Positions 8,196-16,189 of a DNA stretch of 38,222 nt are shown piece by piece. The translations under genes were made by a program, and so were the position numbers. Positions within the stretch are counted from its first letter, which is position 1; every line of letters begins with the position of its first letter. Source of the stretch: a virus (lineage: Duplodnaviria > Caudoviricetes). Location of the stretch: positions 1 to 38,222 of IMG/VR virus record IMGVR_UViG_3300023218_000134. The stretch is one strand, 5' to 3'. The notes under the pieces are model-generated. The model worked only from the letters and a program-made list of their open reading frames with translations, did no database searches and was not told the DNA's origin.

Positions 8196-9160
8196 ACAAT
8201 GTCAACAACGTGCCGATCGATGTGGAGGAAATGCGGCTCTGGGCGCAGGGCTTCATGAAGCAGTTCACCCCGATGCTCTCCAATGTCGAGATGGCGCGGC
8301 GATCGGGTATTCCGACGGGAACGCTGGGGCCGTTCCTGGCAGACAAGTATCCGGGGCGAAACGACAACATCGCGCGCAAGCTTCTGGCCTTCAAGGCGAA
8401 GGTCGAAGCGAGCAAGAAGGTGAACGACGCGCTGCCGGTCGATCCGGGCTATTTCGAGACCGAGACATCGATCAAGTTCGAGAAGCTGCTGACGCTGGCG
8501 CATACCGGCCGTATCACCGCGATCGGGACGGGGCCGGGCACCGGCAAGACGATCACAATCCGCGAATACCGCGAAGCGCGCTCGGAAGTGTTCGTCGCCA
8601 CGATGTCGCCCAGCAAGCGCAGCCTGGTGCAGATGATCACCGAAGTGCAGCTCGCGCTGGGCATGATCCCGCGCAAGATGCGCGCCGCCGATGCCTCGCG
8701 CAAGGTTGTCGACCGGCTGACGGGGCGCAACGCGCTGCTGGTGATCGACGAGGCCAATCACCTCAATTACGAATCGATCGACGAGCTGCGCGCCTGGCAT
8801 GACGCGACCGGCGTTGGCCTGTGCCTCGCGGGTAACGAAGAGCTCGTCCGCGAAATTCAGCAGGGCAAGAACAAGGATGCCTTCGCACGGCTCAACAGCC
8901 GGATCGCGCGGATCTACACGCAGCAAACGCCCGATCCGGACGATGTGATCGCATTCTGCGAGGGCTGGCGAATTCATGATCCGGCGATCCGCGAGTATCT
9001 GAGTACGATCGGCACGCATCGCGATGCGGGGGGCTTGCGCGAATGCAAGCAGCTGGTCGAGATCGCTTCCTACATTGCCGATGAGGATGGCCGGGGGCTC
9101 TTGCTGTTCGATCTGCAGGATGTGCAGCGCACACGCGGCAGCCGGTGGATCAAGGCATGA
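8192..9160 (+). CDS. MuB-like AAA transposition ATPase
   Basis: N-terminal HTH, Walker A GPGTGKT, Walker B LLVIDEA and ARLNSRI; follows MuA. Confidence 0.95.
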   Translation: MNNVNNVPIDVEEMRLWAQGFMKQFTPMLSNVEMARRSGIPTGTLGPFLADKYPGRNDNIARKLLAFKAKVEASKKVNDALPVDPGYFETETSIKFEKLLTLAHTGRITAIGTGPGTGKTITIREYREARSEVFVATMSPSKRSLVQMITEVQLALGMIPRKMRAADASRKVVDRLTGRNALLVIDEANHLNYESIDELRAWHDATGVGLCLAGNEELVREIQQGKNKDAFARLNSRIARIYTQQTPDPDDVIAFCEGWRIHDPAIREYLSTIGTHRDAGGLRECKQLVEIASYIADEDGRGLLLFDLQDVQRTRGSRWIKA

Positions 9161-9315
9161 AGACGACCATCGGTATCGTGCGGCGCGTCATGCGCGAATA
9201 CGACGCGGTCTACGGCGTGGGCGCGGCGGCGCGGGAGCTTCAGAAGGGGCTTTTGTGCGCGATCGGGCTCTATGTCCTTGCGACCGGGATCGCCGCGATC
9301 GGGGGAGGCGTGTAA
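9157..9315 (+). CDS. Small membrane protein (52 aa, not in the ORF track)
   Basis: MKTTIGIVRRVMREYDAVYG...GLLCAIGLYVLATGIAAIGGGV with ATGA and TAATG overlaps. Confidence 0.65.
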   Translation: MKTTIGIVRRVMREYDAVYGVGAAARELQKGLLCAIGLYVLATGIAAIGGGV

Positions 9316-10007
9316 TGGGCGCCCAGACCAAACCCGCGACGTTCGACCGCACTCGGCAGAATCGGCGCGCGATGCTGGCGAAGGTCCATATCGCGAAGAA
9401 GCAGCTTGCGCTCGACGAGGACGATTATCGGCAGATCCTGTTCGACGTGACGGGGTATGACAGTGCCGGAGATTGCGAGGACGCCGCGCTGAAGCGGGTT
9501 CTGAAGCGGCTCGAAGCGCTCGGGTTCAAGCCGCTGCCCAAACGGGGCGCTTCGCAGCCCGCACGAAGCCCGATGGCGAAGAAGGCGCGTGCGCTGTGGA
9601 TCTCGCTGCATCATCTGGGCGAGGTTCGCAATGCGAGCGAGAAAGCGCTCGAGGCGTTCGGCAAGCGCCAGCTCGGCTGCGAGCGGATGGCCTGGGCGAA
9701 CCAGCGCGAGGCCTACAAGCTGATCGAGGCACTGAAGGCGATGGCGGAGCGCGCCGGGTGGCGGCAGACCAACGCCCATGGTGCCGCGCTGTCGCCGCGC
9801 GAACTCAATGAAGGTTTGTGCGAGGCGATCCTGTGCAAGCTGAAGAATGCGGGCGAAGTGCCCGAGCACTGGACGCTCAACGACGCGGCCTTCCGGCTAT
9901 GCGGGACCGAGCCGGGCGCGGCAGGCCCGATGAGAGGCGAGGACTACGCGGACCTCGCGGCCAAGCTCGGCAAGGTTCTGCGTGAAACGGGAGGTGAGAC
10001 ATGCTGA
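9315..10007 (+). CDS. gemA: GemA (Mu gp16/DUF1018) regulatory protein
   Basis: AKVHIAKKQLALDEDDYRQIL..VTG..S...KARALWISL...LIEALKAM. Confidence 0.88.
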   Translation: MGAQTKPATFDRTRQNRRAMLAKVHIAKKQLALDEDDYRQILFDVTGYDSAGDCEDAALKRVLKRLEALGFKPLPKRGASQPARSPMAKKARALWISLHHLGEVRNASEKALEAFGKRQLGCERMAWANQREAYKLIEALKAMAERAGWRQTNAHGAALSPRELNEGLCEAILCKLKNAGEVPEHWTLNDAAFRLCGTEPGAAGPMRGEDYADLAAKLGKVLRETGGETC

Positions 10008-10291
10008 CCGATGCACGGAAACGCGTAATCGCGATCGAGACCCAAGTCTTGGTGATCGAGATAATCCAAAAGCACGGAGGCTATCACAGCGGAGGCCTTC
10101 CCTTCGAGATGGCTTCGTTAGACATGTTTTTTTGGGAAGATGATGAAGAATCGGGGCGGGTAGCGGGCTGCTCTTACAGAGGAATTAGGGTGTGCTCGGA
10201 AGGTTCGAGTGGCCCGGAGCTTCTCGATCTTTGGTTAGCTAAGGCGAAGACAGAGTTGGCAGTCATGCGCGCACTGGGGGAGCGCGCATGA
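10001..10291 (+). CDS. Hypothetical protein (low GC, moron-like)
   Basis: GGAGGTG RBS; visibly more AT-rich than its neighbours. Confidence 0.65.
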   Translation: MLTDARKRVIAIETQVLVIEIIQKHGGYHSGGLPFEMASLDMFFWEDDEESGRVAGCSYRGIRVCSEGSSGPELLDLWLAKAKTELAVMRALGERA

Positions 10292-10425
10292 TCTTGTACT
10301 CCTTCCCGCACACGAAGGGGTTGCGTCGGATCGGGGCGAGCGAGCGGACGGCGGCTACCCTCATATTGATCGTCTGTCCGCCGACGGTTCGCGCAGAGTT
10401 GCGCGCTATCGGGTTGCTGCCATGA
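10288..10425 (+). CDS. Small hypothetical protein (45 aa)
   Basis: MILYSFPHTKGLRRIG... with ATGA overlaps at both ends. Confidence 0.5.
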   Translation: MILYSFPHTKGLRRIGASERTAATLILIVCPPTVRAELRAIGLLP

Positions 10426-10601
10426 AGTTGTTGATCACCGATCCGCTGCCGCTGCACCGTCAGCCCCATGGCCCCGCCTATTACCAAGGCGAGATCAACG
10501 TCTGCCCGAGCTGCGGCGGGACGGCGTTCTCGGTCGGGCGGTCGACCGCGGAATGCGGCCGCTGCGGGCGACCGATGATTCTCGCGCACCGGAAGCTGTG
10601 A
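10422..10601 (+). CDS. Small Zn-ribbon protein (59 aa, not in the ORF track)
   Basis: CPSCGG...AECGRCG with ATGA and GTGA overlaps. Confidence 0.7.
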   Translation: MKLLITDPLPLHRQPHGPAYYQGEINVCPSCGGTAFSVGRSTAECGRCGRPMILAHRKL

Positions 10602-10774
10602 GCGAAAAGCCCATCTTTGACCGCGTATGGTACTGGCGCTCAACTTTGCCTCATCGCAAAGGAGACCGCTGCCGAATTGTCGCGCGCGGCACGATGAATA
10701 GCTGCCAAATCGAATTCGAGGACGGCGAGCGGCACATTGTGTCCCGCTTTGCCGTGCGAAAGGTCGCATCGTGA
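10598..10774 (+). CDS. Small hypothetical protein (SH3-like beta barrel)
   Basis: RKGDRCRIVARGTMNSCQIEFEDGERHIVSRFAVRK with GTGA overlaps. Confidence 0.65.
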   Translation: MSEKPIFDRVWYWRSTLPHRKGDRCRIVARGTMNSCQIEFEDGERHIVSRFAVRKVAS

Positions 10775-11172
10775 GCGATCGCCGCGCCTACCTTCCCGGC
10801 GTGCTGGGCGATATCGCGCGGGTGGCGGGCGAGGAAGCGGCGCTCGCGATCGCGCGCAAGTTCGGCGGGACGCGGGTCTATTTTCCCGCCGAGCCTGCCG
10901 CCGATCACTGGCTGAGCAAGCTCGTCGGGCACGAGACCGCGCTCGCCATCGGCGACCATCTGACCGGCGGTTTCGTCGGCGGCGCGCGCATCGATCTGCC
11001 GAGCGGAGCCTTCGGCCACCAGGAAAGCGTACGCGCCAGGGTCGACCGGATGATCGGGGAGGGCGCGAGCGTGCGTGACATTGCGCTGGCCACTCGCTAC
11101 ACCGAGCGCGCGGTCCACAAGCGCAAGGCCAAGCTGCGCGACGATCGCCAGGACGATCTCTTCTCCGACTAG
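10771..11172 (+). CDS. Mor/C-family late transcription activator
   Basis: LPGVLGDIARVAGEEAALAIARKFGGTRVYFP plus a C-terminal HTH; last gene before the late operon. Confidence 0.88.
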   Translation: MSDRRAYLPGVLGDIARVAGEEAALAIARKFGGTRVYFPAEPAADHWLSKLVGHETALAIGDHLTGGFVGGARIDLPSGAFGHQESVRARVDRMIGEGASVRDIALATRYTERAVHKRKAKLRDDRQDDLFSD

Positions 11173-11190
11173 AGCCCGCGCGAGAGCCGG

Positions 11191-11238
11191 CCCCTGAACG
11201 CGTTCAGGGGCGCAGCCGGGCGCGACTTCCCCCATTCC
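11191..11238 (+). promoter_or_regulatory. Late promoter 1 with palindromic activator site CCCCTGAACGCGTTCAGGGG
   Basis: Perfect 20-bp palindrome. Positions 11192-11219 are identical to 19877-19904. Confidence 0.8.
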
Positions 11239-11245
11239 GGCGAGC

Positions 11246-11821
11246 ATGGTCGCCCAGAAACTCTCGATCCGCACGATGCAGGAAATCGCCGAGCACGAAG
11301 GTCTCGTGCTCGAAGCGTACAAGTGCAGCGCAGGCCGCTGGACCTGGGGGTTCGGCGTGACCGGGAAGAGCGGCCATGAAGTCTATCCGCGATATTACCG
11401 CAGGAGCTCCAGCCTCGAGCGAGCGGTCGAGGTCTACGAATGGCTGCTGCGCACGCGATACCTGCCTGCCGTGGAACGTGCCTTCGCCGGACACGAACTG
11501 AGCGAGGCGCAGCTTACAGCGGCGCTTTCGTTCCACTGGAACACGGGCGCGATCGAGAGGGCCGACTGGGTCGGTCGTTTCCGGGACGGCGATCTCTCGG
11601 CGGCGCGGCGCGCCTTTATGAACTGGGTCACTCCGCGCGAGATCATCGGGCGGCGCAAGGCGGAGCGCGCGCTGTTCTTCGACGGCATGTGGACCGGCGA
11701 CGGCTTCGTCACGCTTTACGACCGGGTATCGCGCCTTGCGTCCGCCAACCCGGTCTGGTCGAGCGCGCGGCAGATCGATATCCGGCCGGCCCTGCACGCC
11801 GCCCTGGCGAAGGCCGGGTGA
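11246..11821 (+). CDS. Endolysin (GH24 lysozyme-like)
   Basis: HEGLVLEAYKCSAGRWTWGFGVT...ALSFHWNTG...RRKAERALF. Confidence 0.9.
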   Translation: MVAQKLSIRTMQEIAEHEGLVLEAYKCSAGRWTWGFGVTGKSGHEVYPRYYRRSSSLERAVEVYEWLLRTRYLPAVERAFAGHELSEAQLTAALSFHWNTGAIERADWVGRFRDGDLSAARRAFMNWVTPREIIGRRKAERALFFDGMWTGDGFVTLYDRVSRLASANPVWSSARQIDIRPALHAALAKAG

Positions 11822-12495
11822 TGTTCAGCGCGCTCAAGCTTTTCTTCTCCGGCATCCTCGGTTCGATCGTCAGGGCGGCTTCATCGGCGCTTGAGTGGGT
11901 GCTCAGCGACTGGCGACACGGACCGCTCGTTTTCTTCGGGTTCGGGTTGCTGGCGCATGTTTTCTTTATAGATCCCGGCCTGCGCTCCGATCTTGCCGAC
12001 CTTGCCGAGGCGCGCGACATCGCGCTCGAGCGCGCCGACGCGGAACGCCAGGCGCGCCTGCGCACGATCCTGAATTACGAGCAGGCCGCGCGCCGGGCGA
12101 AGGCCGAGGCCGATGCGAACGCCGCGCGGGTCCGGGCCGAGCAGAACGCGATCACCAGGGAGACGATCGATGATTACGAAAGCCGCCTTGCCGATGCTCG
12201 CGCTCGCGCTGAGCGCCTGCGCGCGCAGTTCGCCCGAACCGCCGCAGGCGATCCCGGCGGTGCCCGAGCAACTGATCTGCCCGGCTCCGGCCAGTCCGCC
12301 GCCCGCGCTGCTGGCGCGTCCGAGGATCCTGGACTTCCTGCCGCCCGAGACGGCTGCCCCGCCGGCTTCGCCTGCCTCACCCTCGCCGAAGCGCTGATCG
12401 CGACCGAGCAGGCGGTCCAGCTCGACGCGCTGATCGCCTGGACCGAGCTGCAGGCCGCGATCGGCTTCACGCCCGAGGCCGGCCGTGCACAGTAG
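11821..12495 (+). CDS. Rz-like inner-membrane spanin
   Basis: N-terminal TM segment, an Ala/Arg/Glu coiled coil and a C-terminal QLDALIAW; follows the endolysin. Confidence 0.75.
   Translation: MFSALKLFFSGILGSIVRAASSALEWVLSDWRHGPLVFFGFGLLAHVFFIDPGLRSDLADLAEARDIALERADAERQARLRTILNYEQAARRAKAEADANAARVRAEQNAITRETIDDYESRLADARARAERLRAQFARTAAGDPGGARATDLPGSGQSAARAAGASEDPGLPAARDGCPAGFACLTLAEALIATEQAVQLDALIAWTELQAAIGFTPEAGRAQ
12170..12397 (+). CDS. Rz1-like outer-membrane lipoprotein spanin embedded in Rz (+1 frame)
   Basis: MITKAALPMLALALSAC lipobox, a Pro-rich mature part and a GGAG RBS upstream. Confidence 0.75.
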   Translation: MITKAALPMLALALSACARSSPEPPQAIPAVPEQLICPAPASPPPALLARPRILDFLPPETAAPPASPASPSPKR

Positions 12496-12706
12496 CGAGC
12501 GCGGCCTCGAGCGCGCGGAGGGTTTCGAGCGCCAGCAGGGTGAGTTGCGGATCGCGCGCATCCGCGGGTCCCTGACGCTTACCGGTGACGAGTTCTACGA
12601 GGATTGCGGCGATGCGATCGGCATGCGGCGCCGGGCCGCGCTGCCTTCGGCGACGCGCTGCGTCGAATGCCAGGCAAGGCACGAAGGGGGCGCGCGTGGT
12701 CGCTGA
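12485..12706 (+). CDS. TraR/DksA C4-type Zn-finger protein (first Cys replaced by Tyr)
   Basis: FYEDCGDAIGMRRRAALPSATRCVECQ. Confidence 0.75.
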   Translation: MHSSERGLERAEGFERQQGELRIARIRGSLTLTGDEFYEDCGDAIGMRRRAALPSATRCVECQARHEGGARGR

Positions 12707-13118
12707 ATTCAAGTTTCTTGCCGGATGGCTGCCCGCGTTCGCGGTGGCGGCCATTGTTCCGGGTGATGGAACGCCGCTCGGCGACCGGTTCCTGATCGAC
12801 GTCTTCGGCCTGCCTGTGCCGGTGGTGACGTGCGCCCTGGGAGCGCTCGGCATCGTCGCCTCCAGGCCGTTCACGCGGCGGGCGGAAGCCGATCTGGGGT
12901 GGCCGCTGCGCCTGCTGGTCAGCCTCATCATGCTCGTCGTGGTGGAGTTGTGGATCATCGAATCGCGGCCGGGCTGGCTGTTCGCCTTCGTCGTTGCGAT
13001 CGGGCTGGGTTTTTCGGGTTATTCGCTGATCGAGCTGTTCGGCGAGGAAGTGAAGACGATGATGCGCCGCGCCTTCGAGAAGGCCGGCGCCGGAATTGGA
13101 AAAGGGCCGCGCGAGTGA
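12696..13118 (+). CDS. Putative holin (multi-TM)
   Basis: Several hydrophobic helices and a basic C-terminus, within the lysis cassette. Confidence 0.6.
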   Translation: MVAEFKFLAGWLPAFAVAAIVPGDGTPLGDRFLIDVFGLPVPVVTCALGALGIVASRPFTRRAEADLGWPLRLLVSLIMLVVVELWIIESRPGWLFAFVVAIGLGFSGYSLIELFGEEVKTMMRRAFEKAGAGIGKGPRE

Positions 13119-13720
13119 ACTCGTCGGGAATACTGGAGTTGGCGATCATCGCCTTCATCGTGATCGGGATTGGCGCCGCGATCTGGCGTGGCGGTGCGCG
13201 CAACCCGGTCGGCACCGGCGCGCTGCAGAAAGACGTCAGCAAGCTCAAAAGCGAGGTCGGCGCGATCTCGGGCAGCGTCGAACGGCTCAACGCACATTTC
13301 GTGACGGCGCAGGATTTCGAGCGCGAGCAGGTCCGGATCGAGAAGGCGCTCGCCGCGCTCGGTTCGGTCGAAAGCGAGCTTGCCATGCTCGCCTCGAACA
13401 TCGGTGCGCGCAACGCGGTGACGGAGGCACTGGCCGAGAGCGTGCGCGCCATGGCCGCCGAGCTGAAGGCGCACCAGAAGGACGTCTCCGCCAGGTTCGA
13501 GCAGCTTTCCGACCTGTCCGAGCGGATCGAGGCCAACCGGGCAGGGATCGACAGCATCATCGAGCGATTGCCGGCGATAACGCTGCGCCAGTCCCAGATG
13601 GCCGAGGAGGTTTCCTCGATCAAATCGGGAATGGCGGGGGTCGCCGCAGCAACGCAGCACACGGGGAAGCAGGTGGATCGCCTCTACGACGTGCTGGTTA
13701 CGAAGGGGATGGAAAAGTGA
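13115..13720 (+). CDS. Membrane-anchored coiled-coil protein (Mu gp25 position)
   Basis: N-terminal TM segment plus a long heptad region; GTGA overlaps. Confidence 0.6.
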   Translation: MNSSGILELAIIAFIVIGIGAAIWRGGARNPVGTGALQKDVSKLKSEVGAISGSVERLNAHFVTAQDFEREQVRIEKALAALGSVESELAMLASNIGARNAVTEALAESVRAMAAELKAHQKDVSARFEQLSDLSERIEANRAGIDSIIERLPAITLRQSQMAEEVSSIKSGMAGVAAATQHTGKQVDRLYDVLVTKGMEK

Positions 13721-14025
13721 GCCTGAAGAGAGACCTGGCCGAGCAGATCGCGAAGGAAGCGCGGCTCTACATCCTGCGGGAACTGGCCGAGCAGACCAAC
13801 GGGCGGCTTTCCGCGAGCCTGCTCAAGCGGGTGCTCGACGCGCATGAAATCCACCGCGACCGCGACTGGATCGAAACCCAGTTGGAAAAGCTTGAGGCGC
13901 TGGGCGCGATCTCGATCATCCATGCCGGGACCATGCCGATCGCCGTCATAGAGCGCGTCGGTCTCGACCATCTCGAGCAGCGCGCGGTCATTTCCGGCAT
14001 CGCGCGCCCACGGGATGTCGAGTGA
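13717..14025 (+). CDS. Mu gp26-like winged-helix protein
   Basis: ARLYILRELAEQ...RDWIETQLEKLEALGAI...GIARP. Confidence 0.75.
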   Translation: MSLKRDLAEQIAKEARLYILRELAEQTNGRLSASLLKRVLDAHEIHRDRDWIETQLEKLEALGAISIIHAGTMPIAVIERVGLDHLEQRAVISGIARPRDVE

Positions 14026-14615
14026 TGAGCGGCAAGCCACAGAGTTCGGGCGACAAGCGGCAGGGTCGGGGCCGGCTTTCCTCGATCGACATGCTGCCCG
14101 ACGAGGCGCAGCCCGATCTGCTGTGGGCGCTCGACCAGCTGCGCGAGCGGAGCCTGCCGCAGAAGGTGATCCTCGAGGAGTTCAATGCTCGGCTGATCGC
14201 ACTCGACATCAAGCCGATAAGCAAGAGCGCCTGGAGCCGCTACGCCGTCAGAAAGGCGATCCAGTATCGCCGACAGGACGAGACGCGCCGGATCGCAGGC
14301 GAGCTCGCGGCCTCGATGGGAACGGACGATGCCGACGAGATGACGGTGATGATCGCCGAGATGGTGAAGATCGCCGCATTCGAGATCCTCGAGGGCGGAG
14401 AGCTTTCGACCAAGGGCATCATGGAGATCAGCCGCGCGCTGCAAAGCTCGGTCAGCGCGCAGAAGGCCAGCGCGGACTATCGCGAGCAATTGCAGAAGCG
14501 GATCGACGCCAAGCTCGCCGAGGCGGCCGAGAAGGTCGGCGCGATCGGCCGCAAGAAAGGCGTTTCCAAGGCCGCGATGAAGCAGATCAACGATGCGCTG
14601 ATGGGCGGCGGCTGA
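14025..14615 (+). CDS. Mu gp27-like (DUF3486) small terminase subunit
   Basis: GRGRLSSIDMLPDE...ISKSAWSRY; directly upstream of TerL. Confidence 0.85.
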   Translation: MSGKPQSSGDKRQGRGRLSSIDMLPDEAQPDLLWALDQLRERSLPQKVILEEFNARLIALDIKPISKSAWSRYAVRKAIQYRRQDETRRIAGELAASMGTDDADEMTVMIAEMVKIAAFEILEGGELSTKGIMEISRALQSSVSAQKASADYREQLQKRIDAKLAEAAEKVGAIGRKKGVSKAAMKQINDALMGGG

Positions 14616-16033
14616 TGGCGGGAAAGGCGCCTGGAAACGCGAAATGCGTACCCAAGGACCGCGATGCGATCTTCCTGCCCTACCAGGCGGCGTGGATCCG
14701 CGACGAGGCCCGCCTGAAGCTGATCGAGAAGAGCCGCCAGATCGGCCTGTCCTGGGCGACCGCCTATGCCTGCGTCCAGCGCACCGCGCTCGAGGATGCG
14801 CGGCTCGATCAGTGGGTGAGCTCGCGCGACGATGCGCAGGCGCAGCTCTTCCTCGAAGATTGCAAGCTGTGGGCCGGCAATCTGAAGATCGCCGCCGACG
14901 ATCTCGGCCAGCAGGTGATCGATCCGCGCGACCGTCAGACCTCCTACGTCCTGCGCTTCGCCAATGGCCGCCGGATCAATTCGATGTCGTCCAACCCGAA
15001 CGCGCAGGCGGGCAAGCGCGGCGGACGCGTGCTCGACGAATTCGCGCTGCATCCCGATCCCAAGAAGCTCTGGGCGATCGCCTATCCCGGCATCACCTGG
15101 GGCGGCGCGATGGAGGTGATCAGCACGCATCGCGGCAGCCACAATTACTTCAACACGCTGGTGCGCGAGGTGCGCGAGGGCGGCAATCCGAAGGGAATCA
15201 GCCTGCACACCGTCACGCTGCAGGACGCGCTCGACCAGGGCTTTTTGTGGAAGTTGCAGCAGGTTCTTCCGGCCGACGACAAGCGGCAGGCGATGGACGA
15301 GGCGGCGTATTTCGAGTTCGTGAAGAGCGGCGTCGTCGACGAGGAGAGCTTCCTCCAGGAATTCATGTGCAAGCCGGCCGACGACGATGCGGCGTTCCTC
15401 GAATACGAGCTGATCGCGAATGCCGAATATCGCCAGGGAACCGCGTGGCAGCAAATCGAGGACGGCGCGCTGTTCGCCGGCGTCGATATCGGCCGCAAGA
15501 AGGATCTGACCGTGCTGTGGATCGTCGAGAAGCTCGGCGATGTCTTCTACACCCGCCACATCGAAGCGCTGCAGAACATGAGCAAGGGCGACCAGGAGAA
15601 GGTGATCTGGCCCTGGTTCGAGAGATGCGCGCGGGTCGCGATCGACGCCACCGGGCTCGGGATCGGCTGGGTCGACGATGCCAAGGCGCGTTTCGGCGAA
15701 TACCGCATCGAGGGTGTCACCTTCACCGCGCGCAGCAAGGAAGCGCTCGCCTATCCGGTGCGCGGCGCGATGGAGGACCGCCGGCTGCGCATCCCCTATT
15801 CGGGGGCGATCCGCGCCGATCTGCGCAGCGTGACGAAGCAGGTGACCGCGGCAGGCAATATCCGCTTCACCGCCGAGCGCACGCCGGACGGACACGCCGA
15901 CCGCTTCTGGGCGCTGGCGCTGGCGCTGCACGCGGCCTCCGATGGCGGGGCAGCTCCCTGGCGGCCGATGACGGAGCCGGTCGCCCGCAAGGACAATATC
16001 CTCGACCTCGATGCGAACTGGATCCCGGCATGA
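14615..16033 (+). CDS. Large terminase subunit (Mu gp28-like)
   Basis: FLPYQAAWI, EKSRQIGLSWA, VLDEFA, ISTH, GVDIGRKKD, IDATGLG and HADRFWALALA. Confidence 0.95.
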   Translation: MAGKAPGNAKCVPKDRDAIFLPYQAAWIRDEARLKLIEKSRQIGLSWATAYACVQRTALEDARLDQWVSSRDDAQAQLFLEDCKLWAGNLKIAADDLGQQVIDPRDRQTSYVLRFANGRRINSMSSNPNAQAGKRGGRVLDEFALHPDPKKLWAIAYPGITWGGAMEVISTHRGSHNYFNTLVREVREGGNPKGISLHTVTLQDALDQGFLWKLQQVLPADDKRQAMDEAAYFEFVKSGVVDEESFLQEFMCKPADDDAAFLEYELIANAEYRQGTAWQQIEDGALFAGVDIGRKKDLTVLWIVEKLGDVFYTRHIEALQNMSKGDQEKVIWPWFERCARVAIDATGLGIGWVDDAKARFGEYRIEGVTFTARSKEALAYPVRGAMEDRRLRIPYSGAIRADLRSVTKQVTAAGNIRFTAERTPDGHADRFWALALALHAASDGGAAPWRPMTEPVARKDNILDLDANWIPA

Positions 16034-16176
16034 AGCAAGGCACGCACAATCTGGGCAGCGATGGTTTCGGCCATTTCGCCCTCGTCCGCGTCGATGCGGT
16101 CTGCGTTACGATCAGTTCCAACGCTGGCGGGAAGCGCACCGATCTCACGCTCAATCTCGAACAGGCCGCGCCCTGA
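16030..16176 (+). CDS. Small hypothetical protein (48 aa)
   Basis: ATGA overlap with TerL; fills the gap before the portal RBS. Confidence 0.45.
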   Translation: MKQGTHNLGSDGFGHFALVRVDAVCVTISSNAGGKRTDLTLNLEQAAP

Positions 16177-16189
16177 AGGAAGTGCTCCA

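Noticed and set aside
14015-14614. N-terminal extensions in the ORF track for TerL (also GemA, Rz, MCP, Dit and Gam)
   Set aside because: They overlap upstream genes. The true starts are supported by RBS or TGATG/ATGA coupling further downstream.
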